Shown here piece after piece: positions 44,299 to 54,843 of a stretch of 64,000 nt of DNA. The notes under the pieces were generated by a model, which saw nothing but the letters and a program-made list of their open reading frames with translations, made no database searches and had not been told where the DNA came from. The stretch lies in NCBI GenBank assembly GCA_030650795.1, contig JAUSDJ010000017.1:260077-324076 (forward strand), in the 5' to 3' direction. This DNA comes from Actinomycetota bacterium (GTDB lineage Bacteria > Actinomycetota > Actinomycetes > S36-B12). The position numbers and the translations under genes were made by a program. How positions within the stretch are numbered: position 1 is the first letter of the stretch; each line of letters begins with the position of its first letter.

Positions 44299-47036
44299 CG
44301 AGAGTCACTCCCAGTAGCGGTGCTCGCCACAGTCGCCCGGCCTGCTTCAAGTCTGGCCACCGGCACCCGGAAGGGCGAACAGGAAACGTAATCCAGCCCC
44401 ACCTCATCGAAGAAATGGATCGAGTCCGGATCACCGCCGTGCTCACCACAGACTCCGCAATGCAAATTGGGCCGCGTTCGACGGCCGCGCTCGACGGCGA
44501 TGCGAACGAGTTCGCCGACTCCCTCACGATCGATGGATTCGAACGGAGAAACACTGAACACTCCCTTCTCCAGATAGGTGGAGAAGAATGCGGCCTCGAC
44601 ATCGTCGCGACTGAAGCCCCAGGTCGTCTGTGTGAGGTCATTGGTGCCGAAGGAGAAGAACTCCGCAGCCTCCGCGATCTGATCGGCCGTCACCGCAGCT
44701 CGCGGCAACTCGATCATCGTGCCGATGGGGAAAGACAAGGTGCAGCCATTGGCATCGGCCACGTCCTTGAGGACTCCTGCTGCCTCGTCGATGACCAGTT
44801 CGAGCTCTTGGATCGAACCCACCAGCGGGATCATGATCTCGGCCATCGGGTTGCCGCCTAACTTCTTGCGGAAGCAAGCTGCCTCAGCAATGGCTCGAAC
44901 CTGAAGGGCGAACAGACCAGGCAGCACCAACCCCAGGCGTACTCCGCGCAAACCCAGCATCGGATTCTGCTCGTGCAGGCGGCGCACGGCCTGAAGCATG
45001 CGCAACTCCGCGGCATTCTGCTCACCACGTGCTTCGGCCACGGCAACGCGAACCGCGAGGTCTGTGAGGTTTGGCAGGAACTCATGCAGCGGTGGGTCGA
45101 TGAGCCGAATGGTCACTGGGAGACCGTCCATTGCCTCCAGAATGCGGATGAAGTCCTTGCGCTGCAAGGGCAGCAGTGCCGCCAACGCCTCGTCATGCTC
45201 CTGCTGAGTGTCGGCAATGATGAGACGCTCGACGTAGACCTTCCGCTCACCCAGGAACATGTGCTCCGTGCGCAGCAGACCGATGCCTTCGGCGCCCATC
45301 CTCCGTGAACGCAGCGCGTCGACCGGGGTATCTGCGTTCGCTCGAACGCGCAGGCGCCGACGCTTGTCGGCATGCGCGATAAGTCGGTCAACAGCATGGA
45401 TCAACTCGTTCGTCGCCTGATCTGCGGTCGCCAGTGCCTCGGCCATCCCGTGTTCGAAGTACTCGGCCACCGGACTGGGCACGACCGGGACTTCACCTAG
45501 GAATACCTCTCCGGTCGCGCCGTCGATCGAAATGGAGTCGCCTTCGATCACCACGAGCCCTTCATGAGTCGTCAATCGCTTGGCCCTGGTCTCCACCTCT
45601 AGCTCCTCGGCGCCACAGACTGCGGTCTTGCCCATGCCGCGTGCCACGACTGCTGCATGCGAGGTCTTGCCGCCACGGCTGGTGAGGATTCCGGCTGCAG
45701 CGACCATTCCGGCCAGATCATCGGGATTGGTCTCACGGCGTACGAGGATCACCTGCTCCCCTGCTTCTGCCCAAGCGACAGCTGTGGCTGAATCAAAGAC
45801 GGCTCGACCGACCGCGGCCCCCGGCGAAGCACTCATGCCTCGAGCGATGAGTTGATGGCTGACATCTGCGGCGAATCTCGGGAACATCAACTGTGAGAGT
45901 TGGTGGCCGCTCACGCGCAGGAGCGCTTCGTCCAGGGTGATCACATGCTCGTCGACCAGTTGCGTGGCAATTCGGAAGGCGGCTGCCGCCGTGCGCTTTC
46001 CAACACGGGTCTGCAGCATCCAGAGTTTGCCCCGCTCAATGGTGAATTCGATGTCGCACAGGTCCCGATAGTGGAGTTCCAGTCGGCGCATGATGTCGAG
46101 CAGTTCGCGGTAGGACTTCGGGTCGATGTCTTCGAGCTGCTCCAACTGAAGAGTGTTTCGGATGCCCGCTACAACATCCTCGCCCTGTGCATTCTGCAGA
46201 TAGTCGCCGTAGATGCCACGGGCTCCGGTGCTCGGATCGCGCGTGAATGCGACTCCCGTGCCCGAGCCCTCACCCGCATTCCCGAATGCCATCACCTGAA
46301 CGTTGACCGCCGTGCCCAGATCATGCGGAATGCGCTCTCTGCGGCGATACAGCCGCGCGCGATCGGTGTTCCAGGAATCAAAGACGGCCTGAACCGCCAT
46401 GTTCAACTGCTGGTAGGGATCTTGCGGGAACTCAATGTCAGCGAGCCGCACCACCATGGCCTTGTAGATGGTGACCAGTTTCTTCAGCTCCTCTACCGGC
46501 AGGTCCACATCGGAGATCACCTGCGCACGCTGTTTGGCCTCTTCCAATGCCTGCTCAAAACCTTCGCCTTCAAGGCCAAGCACCGTCTTGCCGAACATCT
46601 GGATGAGTCGGCGATAGGAATCCCAGGCAAAGCGCTCATCATTGGCTCGCGTTGCCAGCCCGAGCACGCTCGCGTCATTGAGTCCGATGTTCAGGACGGT
46701 GTCCATCATGCCCGGCATGGAGAACCGGCCGCCTGAACGCACTGATACCAGCAGCGGATCAGTTGCATCACCGAGTCGCTGTCCCATCTCCTGCTCAAGC
46801 AGCTCCAGAAAATCCTGGATCTGCTCGGCCAATCCCTGCGGCAACGCTCCCGCCGTCAGATAGGCCCGACAGGCCGCCGTTGAGACCGTGAATCCGGGCG
46901 GGACGGGAAGACCCAATCGCGTCATCTCGGCCAGATTCGCACCCTTGCCACCCAGGAGATCAGCTTGCGATCGGTCACCCTGCGCGAACGAGAAGACATA
47001 GTGCGGAATGCCGCCGGCATCACCCAGTGTGTTCAT
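44295..47036 (-). CDS. ppdK: Pyruvate, phosphate dikinase
   Basis: 913-aa ORF. The N-terminus has LLGGKGANLAEMTRLGLPVPPGF, the phosphohistidine region has GGKTSHAAVVARGMG, and a PEP-utilizer C-terminus with GVCGEHGGDP follows. Confidence 0.9.
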   Translation of the reverse strand: MNTLGDAGGIPHYVFSFAQGDRSQADLLGGKGANLAEMTRLGLPVPPGFTVSTAACRAYLTAGALPQGLAEQIQDFLELLEQEMGQRLGDATDPLLVSVRSGGRFSMPGMMDTVLNIGLNDASVLGLATRANDERFAWDSYRRLIQMFGKTVLGLEGEGFEQALEEAKQRAQVISDVDLPVEELKKLVTIYKAMVVRLADIEFPQDPYQQLNMAVQAVFDSWNTDRARLYRRRERIPHDLGTAVNVQVMAFGNAGEGSGTGVAFTRDPSTGARGIYGDYLQNAQGEDVVAGIRNTLQLEQLEDIDPKSYRELLDIMRRLELHYRDLCDIEFTIERGKLWMLQTRVGKRTAAAAFRIATQLVDEHVITLDEALLRVSGHQLSQLMFPRFAADVSHQLIARGMSASPGAAVGRAVFDSATAVAWAEAGEQVILVRRETNPDDLAGMVAAAGILTSRGGKTSHAAVVARGMGKTAVCGAEELEVETRAKRLTTHEGLVVIEGDSISIDGATGEVFLGEVPVVPSPVAEYFEHGMAEALATADQATNELIHAVDRLIAHADKRRRLRVRANADTPVDALRSRRMGAEGIGLLRTEHMFLGERKVYVERLIIADTQQEHDEALAALLPLQRKDFIRILEAMDGLPVTIRLIDPPLHEFLPNLTDLAVRVAVAEARGEQNAAELRMLQAVRRLHEQNPMLGLRGVRLGLVLPGLFALQVRAIAEAACFRKKLGGNPMAEIMIPLVGSIQELELVIDEAAGVLKDVADANGCTLSFPIGTMIELPRAAVTADQIAEAAEFFSFGTNDLTQTTWGFSRDDVEAAFFSTYLEKGVFSVSPFESIDREGVGELVRIAVERGRRTRPNLHCGVCGEHGGDPDSIHFFDEVGLDYVSCSPFRVPVARLEAGRATVASTATGSDSR

Positions 47037-47110
47037 GCACCAAGTTGAGCACTGATGAGTCGCATTGGAAAGTCACGTTGGTCATCCCGCGCGATATTGA
47101 ACCAGTTCCT

Positions 47111-48229
47111 TCAACCGCCACTCACCGACAACTCGGCATCTTGAAGCATGAGTCGCGCCGGAGCATCCAGCTCAGGCGAATCAAGCCAGCCATCGGGCAG
47201 CGTGGGCCGACGACCGCCGGAGGTGCGACCGCGCGGTCCGGCACCGACCTCACTATTGAACGGTTGATCGGGATTGATCTGCGCGAGCAAGGCATCGAGT
47301 TCGCCGATGCTCGCGACTGTGCCCAGGCCTTGTCGGACTTGCTGCCTGACGCTGAAGCCCTTGAGGTACCAGGCCATGTGCTTGCGGATATCACGGATGC
47401 CTTTGTATTCGCCATAGTCCTGACACAGCAATTGCGCATGTCGGCGCAAGGTGAGCAGCACATGAGTCAGATCAGGATCGGCCGGAACAGCCGCGCCCGT
47501 GAATGCTGCTGCTAACTGGCCAAACAGCCAAGGTCTGCCAAGACATCCGCGGCCCACGACGACTCCGTCAGCACCTGTGCGAGCGACCATGTCGAGGGCA
47601 TCCTGCGCGGTCCAGATGTCTCCATTGCCCAAGACGGGCGTGCCAATTGGCGCCAGATGATCTTTCAATCGTGCAATCGCATCCCAATCGGCGACACCCG
47701 AATACATCTGCTCAGCAGTGCGCGCATGAAGTGCAACCCACGTGGCGCCTTCCTCGGCGGCCGCACGACCGGCCTCGAGATAGGTCAGGTGATCCTCATC
47801 GATGCCCTTGCGCATCTTCACCGTCACCGGAACGCGGCCGTCCGCCGCAGTGACAGCAGCGCGGACGATCGCTCGGAAGAGATCGCGCTTCCACGGCAGT
47901 GCACTGCCGCCACCCTTGCGCGTGACCTTGGGAACCGGGCAGCCGAAGTTCATGTCGATGTGATCGGCGCGATCCTCATCAATGATGATGCGCACCGCCG
48001 CAGCCATCACCTTTGGATCAACGCCATAGAGCTGCACTGAACGCGGGACCTCATCAACATCGAAAGTGACCATGTCAATCGTCTCCGCATTGCGCTCGAC
48101 CAATGCCCGCGAAGTCACCATTTCAGAGACGTACAGCCCAGCGCCGGCTTCACGACAAAGACGACGGAAAGCGCGATTGGTGATGCCCGCCATTGGCGCG
48201 AGAACAACCGGCACACTGAGGTTGCCCAT
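47111..48229 (-). CDS. dus: tRNA-dihydrouridine synthase
   Basis: The motifs VLAPMAGITNRAFRRLC and DMNFGCP are present. The start is chosen at MGNLSVP; the ORF is open to 48493. Confidence 0.85.
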   Translation of the reverse strand: MGNLSVPVVLAPMAGITNRAFRRLCREAGAGLYVSEMVTSRALVERNAETIDMVTFDVDEVPRSVQLYGVDPKVMAAAVRIIIDEDRADHIDMNFGCPVPKVTRKGGGSALPWKRDLFRAIVRAAVTAADGRVPVTVKMRKGIDEDHLTYLEAGRAAAEEGATWVALHARTAEQMYSGVADWDAIARLKDHLAPIGTPVLGNGDIWTAQDALDMVARTGADGVVVGRGCLGRPWLFGQLAAAFTGAAVPADPDLTHVLLTLRRHAQLLCQDYGEYKGIRDIRKHMAWYLKGFSVRQQVRQGLGTVASIGELDALLAQINPDQPFNSEVGAGPRGRTSGGRRPTLPDGWLDSPELDAPARLMLQDAELSVSGG

Positions 48230-48535
48230 CGAGATCACCGGATGATTCTGCCAGTGCGACGAGTACGAACAGAATTCAACGCAACTCCGCTCACGCGGAG
48301 GGTGAGCCGTATCGTCTCGAAATAGTCGCGATGACGACTTCATAAGACGAGTACCACGTCGTCTTGCCCTGCTCCTGCGCTGCCAGGTGTTCCCCCACCT
48401 GTTTCCAACTCCTGGCAGAAGCTTCGTCGCGCCAATACGAAACGGTGATTCCCTGACGGGTGACAGGGTCGCGTACTGAATCAATCGAGACAAAGCCCTC
48501 CCGCTGCTTCCGGCGACACCCGCACCCTCGACTCG

Positions 48536-49099
48536 TTAGCGCTGGCGCGCATAGGTGTGAACAACCACGCCGTTGTCGAAGTTCTGCGTTGTGCGATAAC
48601 TGAGTGCGTAGGTGTCCTCGACCTCATCGAAGAGGCCAAAGCCACTTCCAAGAATGATCGGAAAGATCATGAAGTGATACTCATCAACCAGATCAAGTTC
48701 TTTGAGCGCATTGACGACCGTGCGACTGCCAGCCACCTGGATCTCACCGCGATGCGCAGCTTTTACCTTGTCGACTTCGGTGCGAAAATGACCCGAAAGG
48801 ACCGAGGTGTTGTTCCAGTCGGCCAAAGTCATGGTGGTGCTTACCACATACTTTGGCATCGCGTTTATCTTGTCTGCGAACTCTCCGTCGCGTTCTGGCC
48901 AGGCTCCCGCGAAACTCTCGTAGGTAGTGCGCCCAATAAGCAAGGCTTCCGAATCCAGCACTTCCTGCAATTTGTACTCAAGCCAGTCGTCGTTGGCATA
49001 ACTGTGCACCCATCCTGAGTGCTCGAATCCCTCTTCGCCGCCCGGAGCTTCAACAACTCCGTCGAGGGACATGAACGTGGTGACGACAATTTTGCCCAT
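48536..49099 (-). CDS. Dihydrofolate reductase-family (RibD C-terminal domain) protein
   Basis: The product has MGKIVVTTFMSLDGVVEAPGG...LLIGRTTYESFAGAWPER. Confidence 0.75.
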   Translation of the reverse strand: MGKIVVTTFMSLDGVVEAPGGEEGFEHSGWVHSYANDDWLEYKLQEVLDSEALLIGRTTYESFAGAWPERDGEFADKINAMPKYVVSTTMTLADWNNTSVLSGHFRTEVDKVKAAHRGEIQVAGSRTVVNALKELDLVDEYHFMIFPIILGSGFGLFDEVEDTYALSYRTTQNFDNGVVVHTYARQR

Positions 49100-49119
49100 G
49101 CGCGCAGCCTAGATGTGGC

Positions 49120-50514
49120 TCAGTACGAAGGCAGACGAATGGCGAGCCATGCCGGCAGCGCATCAAGGCCGATGCGCTCCTGCTGCATGGTGTCGCGCTC
49201 ACGAACTGTTACGGCCTGATCCTCAAGGGTGTCGAAATCAACCGTGACGCAGAAAGGAGTACCGATCTCGTCCTGACGGCGATAGCGGCGGCCAATAGCA
49301 CCGGCATCGTCGAACTCAACATTCCACCGCTTACGCAATTCAGTGGCGAGATCTTTGGCCTTGGGCGAGAGATCTGCATTGCGCGAGAGCGGCAAGACTG
49401 CGACCTTGACCGGTGCGAGACGGGGATCAAGTCGAAGCACTGTGCGGGTATCGACCCCACCCTTGGAGTTGGGTGCTTGGTCTTCGTCGTACGAATCCAG
49501 CAGGAAGGCCAAAACTGCGCGGGTCAATCCGGCAGCAGGCTCAATGACGTAGGGCACCCAGCGCTCTTCTGAGTCCTGGTCAAAGTAGGAAAGATCAGTA
49601 CCGGAGTGCTGACCGTGCGTGGTCAAATCAAAATCGGTGCGGTTGGCGATGCCTTCAAGCTCTGCCCACTCGGAGCCGGCGAATCGGAATCGATATTCGA
49701 TGTCGACAGTGCGCTTGGAATAGTGCGAGAGCTTCTCCTTGGGGTGCTCAAGGAAACGCATGTTCTCAGAATCAAGGCCTAGGTCGACATACCAATCCCA
49801 GCGCTGCTTCAGCCAGTACTCATGCCATTCCTCATCAGTGCCGGGCTTGACGAAGAATTCCATTTCCATCTGCTCAAACTCACGCGTGCGGAAGATGAAG
49901 TTGCCAGGAGTGATCTCGTTGCGGAAACTCTTGCCCGTCTGGCCGATGCCAAAAGGAGGCTTCTTGCGAGCCGCGTTCATCACATTGAGGTAGTTGACGA
50001 AGATTCCCTGCGCTGTTTCCGGGCGGAGGTAGTGAATGGCTCCCGCGTCTTCAACAGGACCGACCGTGGTGCGCAGCATGCCGTTGAAATCGCGGGGCTC
50101 GGTGAATTCGCCTTTGTTTCCACAGTTGGAGCAGGTGATGTCAGCGAGCCCATTGGCTGGCGCGCGGCCATGCTTCTCTTCGTACTGCTCGATGAGTTGA
50201 TCTGCGCGCCAACGACGATTGCACTTCTTGCATTCGGTCAGCGGATCAACAAACGCGTTGACATGGCCCGATGCTTCCCACACCTGCGGCGCAAGAATGA
50301 TTGACGAATCAAGGCCAACAACGTCCTCGCGACCCCGAACCATGTACTGCCACCACTGGCGGCGCACATTGTCTTTGAGCTCAACACCGTTGGGGCCATA
50401 GTCCCAAGCTGAACGGGTACCGCCATAGATTTCTGAAGATGGGAAGACAAATCCTCGACGCTTGCAGAGATTGACTACTGCATCAACACGATCGGCGGCC
50501 ATTGAGCGCTCCAT
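49120..50514 (-). CDS. glyQS: Glycine--tRNA ligase (dimeric class II)
   Basis: The motifs [17 protein letters not shown] and RPETAQGIF are present, with a C-terminal anticodon-binding domain. The start is either 50514 or 50502; the ORF is open to 50784. Confidence 0.9.
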   Translation of the reverse strand: MERSMAADRVDAVVNLCKRRGFVFPSSEIYGGTRSAWDYGPNGVELKDNVRRQWWQYMVRGREDVVGLDSSIILAPQVWEASGHVNAFVDPLTECKKCNRRWRADQLIEQYEEKHGRAPANGLADITCSNCGNKGEFTEPRDFNGMLRTTVGPVEDAGAIHYLRPETAQGIFVNYLNVMNAARKKPPFGIGQTGKSFRNEITPGNFIFRTREFEQMEMEFFVKPGTDEEWHEYWLKQRWDWYVDLGLDSENMRFLEHPKEKLSHYSKRTVDIEYRFRFAGSEWAELEGIANRTDFDLTTHGQHSGTDLSYFDQDSEERWVPYVIEPAAGLTRAVLAFLLDSYDEDQAPNSKGGVDTRTVLRLDPRLAPVKVAVLPLSRNADLSPKAKDLATELRKRWNVEFDDAGAIGRRYRRQDEIGTPFCVTVDFDTLEDQAVTVRERDTMQQERIGLDALPAWLAIRLPSY

Positions 50515-50569
50515 TTCCGAAGCGCTTGCGGCGCTCCAATCCGGCTGGGTGTCGGCGGGTGGAGGGAGT

Positions 50570-51019
50570 CTACGAGAGAAGGTCGAAATCCAGGTAGTGA
50601 CCTTCCAAGGGCAAGCCGTCCGCGCACACGTGCAGGACAGCAAGTTCGTCGTAGATAGCGCCGAGTTCTGCAATGCGCTCTTGGGGACACACCGGCACCG
50701 CGAGAACAATCCGCAAGGCGCCCGTCGCTCGGATGGCCACGCCGACAACGCGCGCCGCTGTTCCCGATTCAACTCCGTCATCAACCACGATCACGGTTCG
50801 CCCGAGAGTCTCGGGCAATTCAGTGGTGGTTACCGAATCGCCCGTCTTCAGAACTGCCACCGGTTCGCACGGGACGCCGAGTGCCCTTGCCACCGGACTT
50901 GCCACCAACTGCCCTCGAGCATTCATCCCGATGACACATGGGTCAAAGAATCGTCCAGAAGCGAGCACTTCAACGGCCAGAAGGCGCCCTGCTTCCGCGA
51001 AACTTGAATAGGCGGTCAC
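50570..51019 (-). CDS. Phosphoribosyltransferase-domain protein
   Basis: The PRPP-binding motif is [16 protein letters not shown]. Confidence 0.7.
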   Translation of the reverse strand: MTAYSSFAEAGRLLAVEVLASGRFFDPCVIGMNARGQLVASPVARALGVPCEPVAVLKTGDSVTTTELPETLGRTVIVVDDGVESGTAARVVGVAIRATGALRIVLAVPVCPQERIAELGAIYDELAVLHVCADGLPLEGHYLDFDLLS

Positions 51020-51489
51020 AGTTGAACCGGCGGAACTCTCGCGGCCGAGGCGCGGCCCAGCCCAATGACGTCGGCGTCTGCCGCACGCCCAGAGGCAACG
51101 GTGATCGTTTCTCCATCACTGATCATGTGCACAGCTTCAAAGGCGGAGGATTCGTCGATGGCCTGCGACAACAGCGGAACCGCAGAAACCTTGACCTCAA
51201 ATCTTGAAAGAGCCCGACGGTAGGAACCAACGTCTTTCCATCGGGTGGTGACCAGGCGCAAATCAGTCTCATCAGTGGCCTGAGCGATTGCGCCATCAAT
51301 GAATCCGACACTCCCAGCCAGGGTCGCCAAAGCGAGACGGGCATCCTCGGCAAAGCTCGCACTCTGATCCGAAGCGACCCGAAAGCGGTTGATCACAAGC
51401 AAGATGGGCGCACTAGAGTCACCCTGCAGTTCACTCACCGCTCGACGGTAGCGGGTATCGGAGGATTCATGGCCAAGCCCCCACGCCAA
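51016..51489 (-). CDS. Antibiotic-biosynthesis-monooxygenase (ABM/Dabb)-like protein
   Basis: The pattern ILLVINRFRV...FIDGAIAQATDE..LRLVTTRWKDVGSYRRA is ABM-like. The call is weak. Confidence 0.45.
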   Translation of the reverse strand: MAWGLGHESSDTRYRRAVSELQGDSSAPILLVINRFRVASDQSASFAEDARLALATLAGSVGFIDGAIAQATDETDLRLVTTRWKDVGSYRRALSRFEVKVSAVPLLSQAIDESSAFEAVHMISDGETITVASGRAADADVIGLGRASAARVPPVQL

Positions 51490-51549
51490 CTGCCGCCAGG
51501 TGTGCGCGGACCCAGCGGTCCGGGACGCGAGGCAGTTGAGCGCCGAAGC

Positions 51550-51810
51550 ATGCGGTTCCTACTCATCCTCAATCGCTTGCCTCGATGGCTCGTAGTAGTA
51601 GTCATGGGCGCATTGCTGTTCCTCGGACTCATTCAGACCGGCCCGCTGGCCTGGCTTGGTGGAGTCCTGCTGCTGATCGTTACCGCCTTCTTGTTCTGGC
51701 TGCTTGTTCTGGCTTGGCCCGTGCTGCCTACCCAGGCCCGTCTCATCCGCTTGATCGTGGTCGGTGGCGCCTTCGGCATTGCGATCTTGAAGTTCCTCGG
51801 TCGCTTCTAG
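51550..51810 (+). CDS. Small membrane protein (2-3 TM helices)
   Basis: The product starts MRFLLILNRLPRWLVVVVMGALLFLGLIQ and contains further hydrophobic helices. Confidence 0.5.
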   Translation: MRFLLILNRLPRWLVVVVMGALLFLGLIQTGPLAWLGGVLLLIVTAFLFWLLVLAWPVLPTQARLIRLIVVGGAFGIAILKFLGRF

Positions 51811-51812
51811 TT

Positions 51813-51846
51813 TGAAATTGACAATCATTTTCAATAAGCCTAGGTT
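51813..51846 (+). promoter_or_regulatory. Zur-box-like palindrome overlapping a sigma70-type promoter (-35 TTGACA 51818-51823; -10 TAGGTT 51841-51846)
   Basis: TGAAATTGACAATCATTTTCAA contains TGACAATCATTTTCA, one mismatch from the actinobacterial Zur consensus TGAAAATCATTTTCA as I recall it. The promoter spacer is 17 bp, and the -10 ends 6 nt before the ATG at 51853. Confidence 0.6.
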
Positions 51847-51852
51847 TTCGCC

Positions 51853-52770
51853 ATGGCCTTCATCGCAGGGCGCACCTCTGCGCTGATCCTGCTCACAGCG
51901 GTAGGCCTGAGCGCTTGCAGCAGCGCTGAGCCCTCGAGTTCGACTTCCTCCGATGGACTGTCAATCGTGGCCACTACCACGATGCTCGGCAGCGTCGTGG
52001 GTGACTTGGCGGCCTGTGCTGGGGGTGAGGTCACCACCTTGCTCCCCAATGGAGCCGATCCGCATGACTTTGCTCCGTCCTCCCAGCAAGTGGCATCGCT
52101 CGTTCACGCCGACATCGTGATCGCAAATGGGCTCGGCCTCGAAGGTGGGCTCGTTGACGCTTTGGAGTCAGCGAAAAGCGACGGTGCAACGGTGTATGAA
52201 GTCGCGCCTGACATTTCCCCTCGCAAGTTCGCTGGGACAACGACCCCGGACCCTCACTTCTGGTTCGACATGACGCGCATGGCGCATGCGGTCGAGCTGA
52301 TTGGCGATCAGCTCGCCGTGAAGGGTGGCGCAAAATACAAGAGCTGTGCCACTGCAGAAGCAGAAAAGATCCGCTCAGCAGAGCAAGAGGTGAAGGCGAT
52401 TTTGGCGTCAGTGCCAGCGAAGAGGCGTGTGCTGGTCACTGATCACGACGCATTTGGCTACTTTGCGAATGCATACGGCTACTCAATTGTTGGCGCCGTC
52501 ATTCCCTCTGGCACCACCTTGGCTGAGCCAAGCACGGTCGACCTTGCAGCGCTCGCCAAGACGATCACGGACAAGGGAGTCACGGCGATCTTCGCGAACA
52601 CCAATACCCCGAAGGCTTTGGCTACAGCCGTTGCAGGGGAAGTGGGATACCCGGTTTCCGTCGTTGATCTGTACGTCGACAGCCTGGGACCCGCGGGCAG
52701 CAGTGCCGGCACCTACATCGGATACATGCACACCGATGCTCAGCGCATCGCAGAGGCCTTGAAGAGCTGA
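51853..52770 (+). CDS. Metal (Zn/Mn) ABC transporter substrate-binding lipoprotein (cluster A-I, ZnuA/TroA-like)
   Basis: A lipobox-like LSACSS is present, together with the family motifs NGADPHDF and DPHFWFD. Confidence 0.8.
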   Translation: MAFIAGRTSALILLTAVGLSACSSAEPSSSTSSDGLSIVATTTMLGSVVGDLAACAGGEVTTLLPNGADPHDFAPSSQQVASLVHADIVIANGLGLEGGLVDALESAKSDGATVYEVAPDISPRKFAGTTTPDPHFWFDMTRMAHAVELIGDQLAVKGGAKYKSCATAEAEKIRSAEQEVKAILASVPAKRRVLVTDHDAFGYFANAYGYSIVGAVIPSGTTLAEPSTVDLAALAKTITDKGVTAIFANTNTPKALATAVAGEVGYPVSVVDLYVDSLGPAGSSAGTYIGYMHTDAQRIAEALKS

Positions 52771-52771
52771 C

Positions 52772-53626
52772 ATGGACTGGTGGATCGAGCCCTTCTCGCT
52801 GGGCTTTGAGCAGCGCGCACTCATCGGAGGCGCGCTTGCCGGTTTGATGTCTTCCATCGTCGGAACGTGGTTGGTCCTTCGCGGGATGAGCTTCTTCGGC
52901 GATGCATTCGTGCATGGAGTTGTTCCCGGCATTGCTGCGGCAGTCGTCCTGGGTATCAATCCCGTCATTGGGGCAGCAGTCGCGGCCCTTGTGATGGTGC
53001 TGCTGATCGAGCTGGTGAATCGTCAAACCGCGCTTACTGAAGACACTGGCATCGGTCTGCTGTTCGTAGGCATGCTGGCACTTGGCGTCGTGATCATCTC
53101 CAGGCTGAGCTCTTTCTCGGGCAGTCTGACCACCATCTTGTTTGGTGATGCACTGGGCGTGACGACCAGCGATCTATGGGCTCAAGGAATACTTGCTCTG
53201 GCAATTGTCATCGTGACAACGGCTCTCTATCGACCACTGCTGGCGCTTTCGTTCAATCGCGACAAGGCCGAGCTTCTCGGGATGCGACCCAAAGCCACCC
53301 ACGCGGCTCTGCTGATCCTGATTGCCGCGGCAGTGATCGGAAGTTTCCAATCGGTGGGAACGCTGCTGGTCTTCGGACTGCTGGTCGGACCGCCGGCTAC
53401 AGCGGCACTTCTGGCGCGGACCGTGCCGCGCATGATGCTGATCTCGGCGGGAATAGCTCTGGTCTCTGTGTGGCTTGGCCTCACCTTCAGCTACCACCTC
53501 GGCACAGCGGGTTCGGCAACCATGGCGCTGATGCCGATTCTTATCTTCTTCATCGTGCTCACCGTCACTCGACTTCGCATGATCTTTGCCAAGAGAACTG
53601 CAGTGGAGAAGGCCGAATATGCCTGA
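52772..53626 (+). CDS. Metal ABC transporter permease (ZnuB-like)
   Basis: 284-aa polytopic membrane protein that starts 2 nt after the upstream stop. Confidence 0.8.
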   Translation: MDWWIEPFSLGFEQRALIGGALAGLMSSIVGTWLVLRGMSFFGDAFVHGVVPGIAAAVVLGINPVIGAAVAALVMVLLIELVNRQTALTEDTGIGLLFVGMLALGVVIISRLSSFSGSLTTILFGDALGVTTSDLWAQGILALAIVIVTTALYRPLLALSFNRDKAELLGMRPKATHAALLILIAAAVIGSFQSVGTLLVFGLLVGPPATAALLARTVPRMMLISAGIALVSVWLGLTFSYHLGTAGSATMALMPILIFFIVLTVTRLRMIFAKRTAVEKAEYA

Positions 53627-54452
53627 CGTGCATAGCCATCACAACCACAGCGCCGCAGTTGACGCTGTGGTTGCCGACGATGTCGTGCTCGGGCATAACT
53701 CGCATATCGCAGTGCATGCCTCGTCGTTCTTCATCCCCGCTGGCAAAGTGACAACCGTCATCGGACCAAACGGCAGCGGCAAATCAACCTTGCTGCACGC
53801 CATCGCGGGGCTGATCAGTCCACTCGCCGGCAGCCTTCGCGTACTCGATTCGCAACCACAGTCACGTCGGGAGCACATCAGCTACGTCCTGCAGAACACG
53901 ACCGTGCCCGTCGGCACACCGATCACCGTTGCCGAGTCCGTAATGATGGGTCGCTACCCCGGGCTTGGGTTGATGCGCCGCCCAAGCAAGCTCGACAAAG
54001 CTCGGGTAGGTGAGGCGATGGAGAAGCTGCGCATCACCGATCTTGCCAAGCGCCATTTGAGTGAGTTGTCAGGTGGCCAACGGCAGCGGGTCTACGTGGC
54101 TCAAGGCATTGCGCAGGATCACGATCTGCTGCTGCTCGACGAGCCTTTGACTGGTTTGGACATCGGCTCTGCTCAGACGATTGACGAAATCATCCATCAA
54201 GAGCCCGAGGGCGGGTGCACGGTCATCCTCACCACCCACGACCTGGATGAGGCTCGGGCTTCAGATTTCGTTGTGCTGTTGGCCGGGCGCGTGATAGCTG
54301 CAGGCCCACCGGCAGCCGTGCTCACCAATGACAATCTGCTGACTGCCTACGGGCTTGGCGGATTGCATCGAAGCGAAGATGCCGAGCCCTCCACCGATCA
54401 TCATCATCACGAAGACGGTCACAACGATCACGACCACAACCACGGGCATTGA
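53619..54452 (+). CDS. Metal ABC transporter ATP-binding protein with His-rich termini
   Basis: Walker A GPNGSGKST, signature LSGGQRQR and Walker B LLLLDEP are present. The N-terminus is HSHHNHS and the C-terminal tail is DHHHHEDGHNDHDHNHGH. The ATG overlaps the permease stop (ATGCCTGA). Confidence 0.85.
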   Translation: MPDVHSHHNHSAAVDAVVADDVVLGHNSHIAVHASSFFIPAGKVTTVIGPNGSGKSTLLHAIAGLISPLAGSLRVLDSQPQSRREHISYVLQNTTVPVGTPITVAESVMMGRYPGLGLMRRPSKLDKARVGEAMEKLRITDLAKRHLSELSGGQRQRVYVAQGIAQDHDLLLLDEPLTGLDIGSAQTIDEIIHQEPEGGCTVILTTHDLDEARASDFVVLLAGRVIAAGPPAAVLTNDNLLTAYGLGGLHRSEDAEPSTDHHHHEDGHNDHDHNHGH

Positions 54453-54453
54453 G

Positions 54454-54843
54454 ATGACAAGCGGACCACGTTCTACCCGCCAACGCGCCGCAGTTGCGTC
54501 AGCGCTCGATGGCTTAGATGACTTTCGCTCAAGCCAGGAATTACATGAATACCTCCGCACTCGGGGCGAAAGCGTGGGGCTCACCACGGTCTACCGGACT
54601 CTGCGAGCAATGGCTGATGCTGGCGAAGTCGATGTCATCGTCCGCGAAGACGGGGAGTCTGTCTATCGCCAGTGCAGCGGCTCACACCATCATCACTTGG
54701 TCTGCCGCAAATGTGGCTCGGCAGTTGAGATCGAAGGACCGGCGGTTGAGCGCTGGGCTGATGCGGTAGCTGCGCAACACAGATTCACCGAAGTCAGCCA
54801 TACCTTGGAGCTCTTCGGCTTATGCGCTCATTGCGGCGCTTGA
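54454..54843 (+). CDS. Fur-family metalloregulator (probably Zur)
   Basis: The product has [39 protein letters not shown] and a C-terminal CAHCG. It sits immediately downstream of the metal ABC operon. Confidence 0.8.
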   Translation: MTSGPRSTRQRAAVASALDGLDDFRSSQELHEYLRTRGESVGLTTVYRTLRAMADAGEVDVIVREDGESVYRQCSGSHHHHLVCRKCGSAVEIEGPAVERWADAVAAQHRFTEVSHTLELFGLCAHCGA

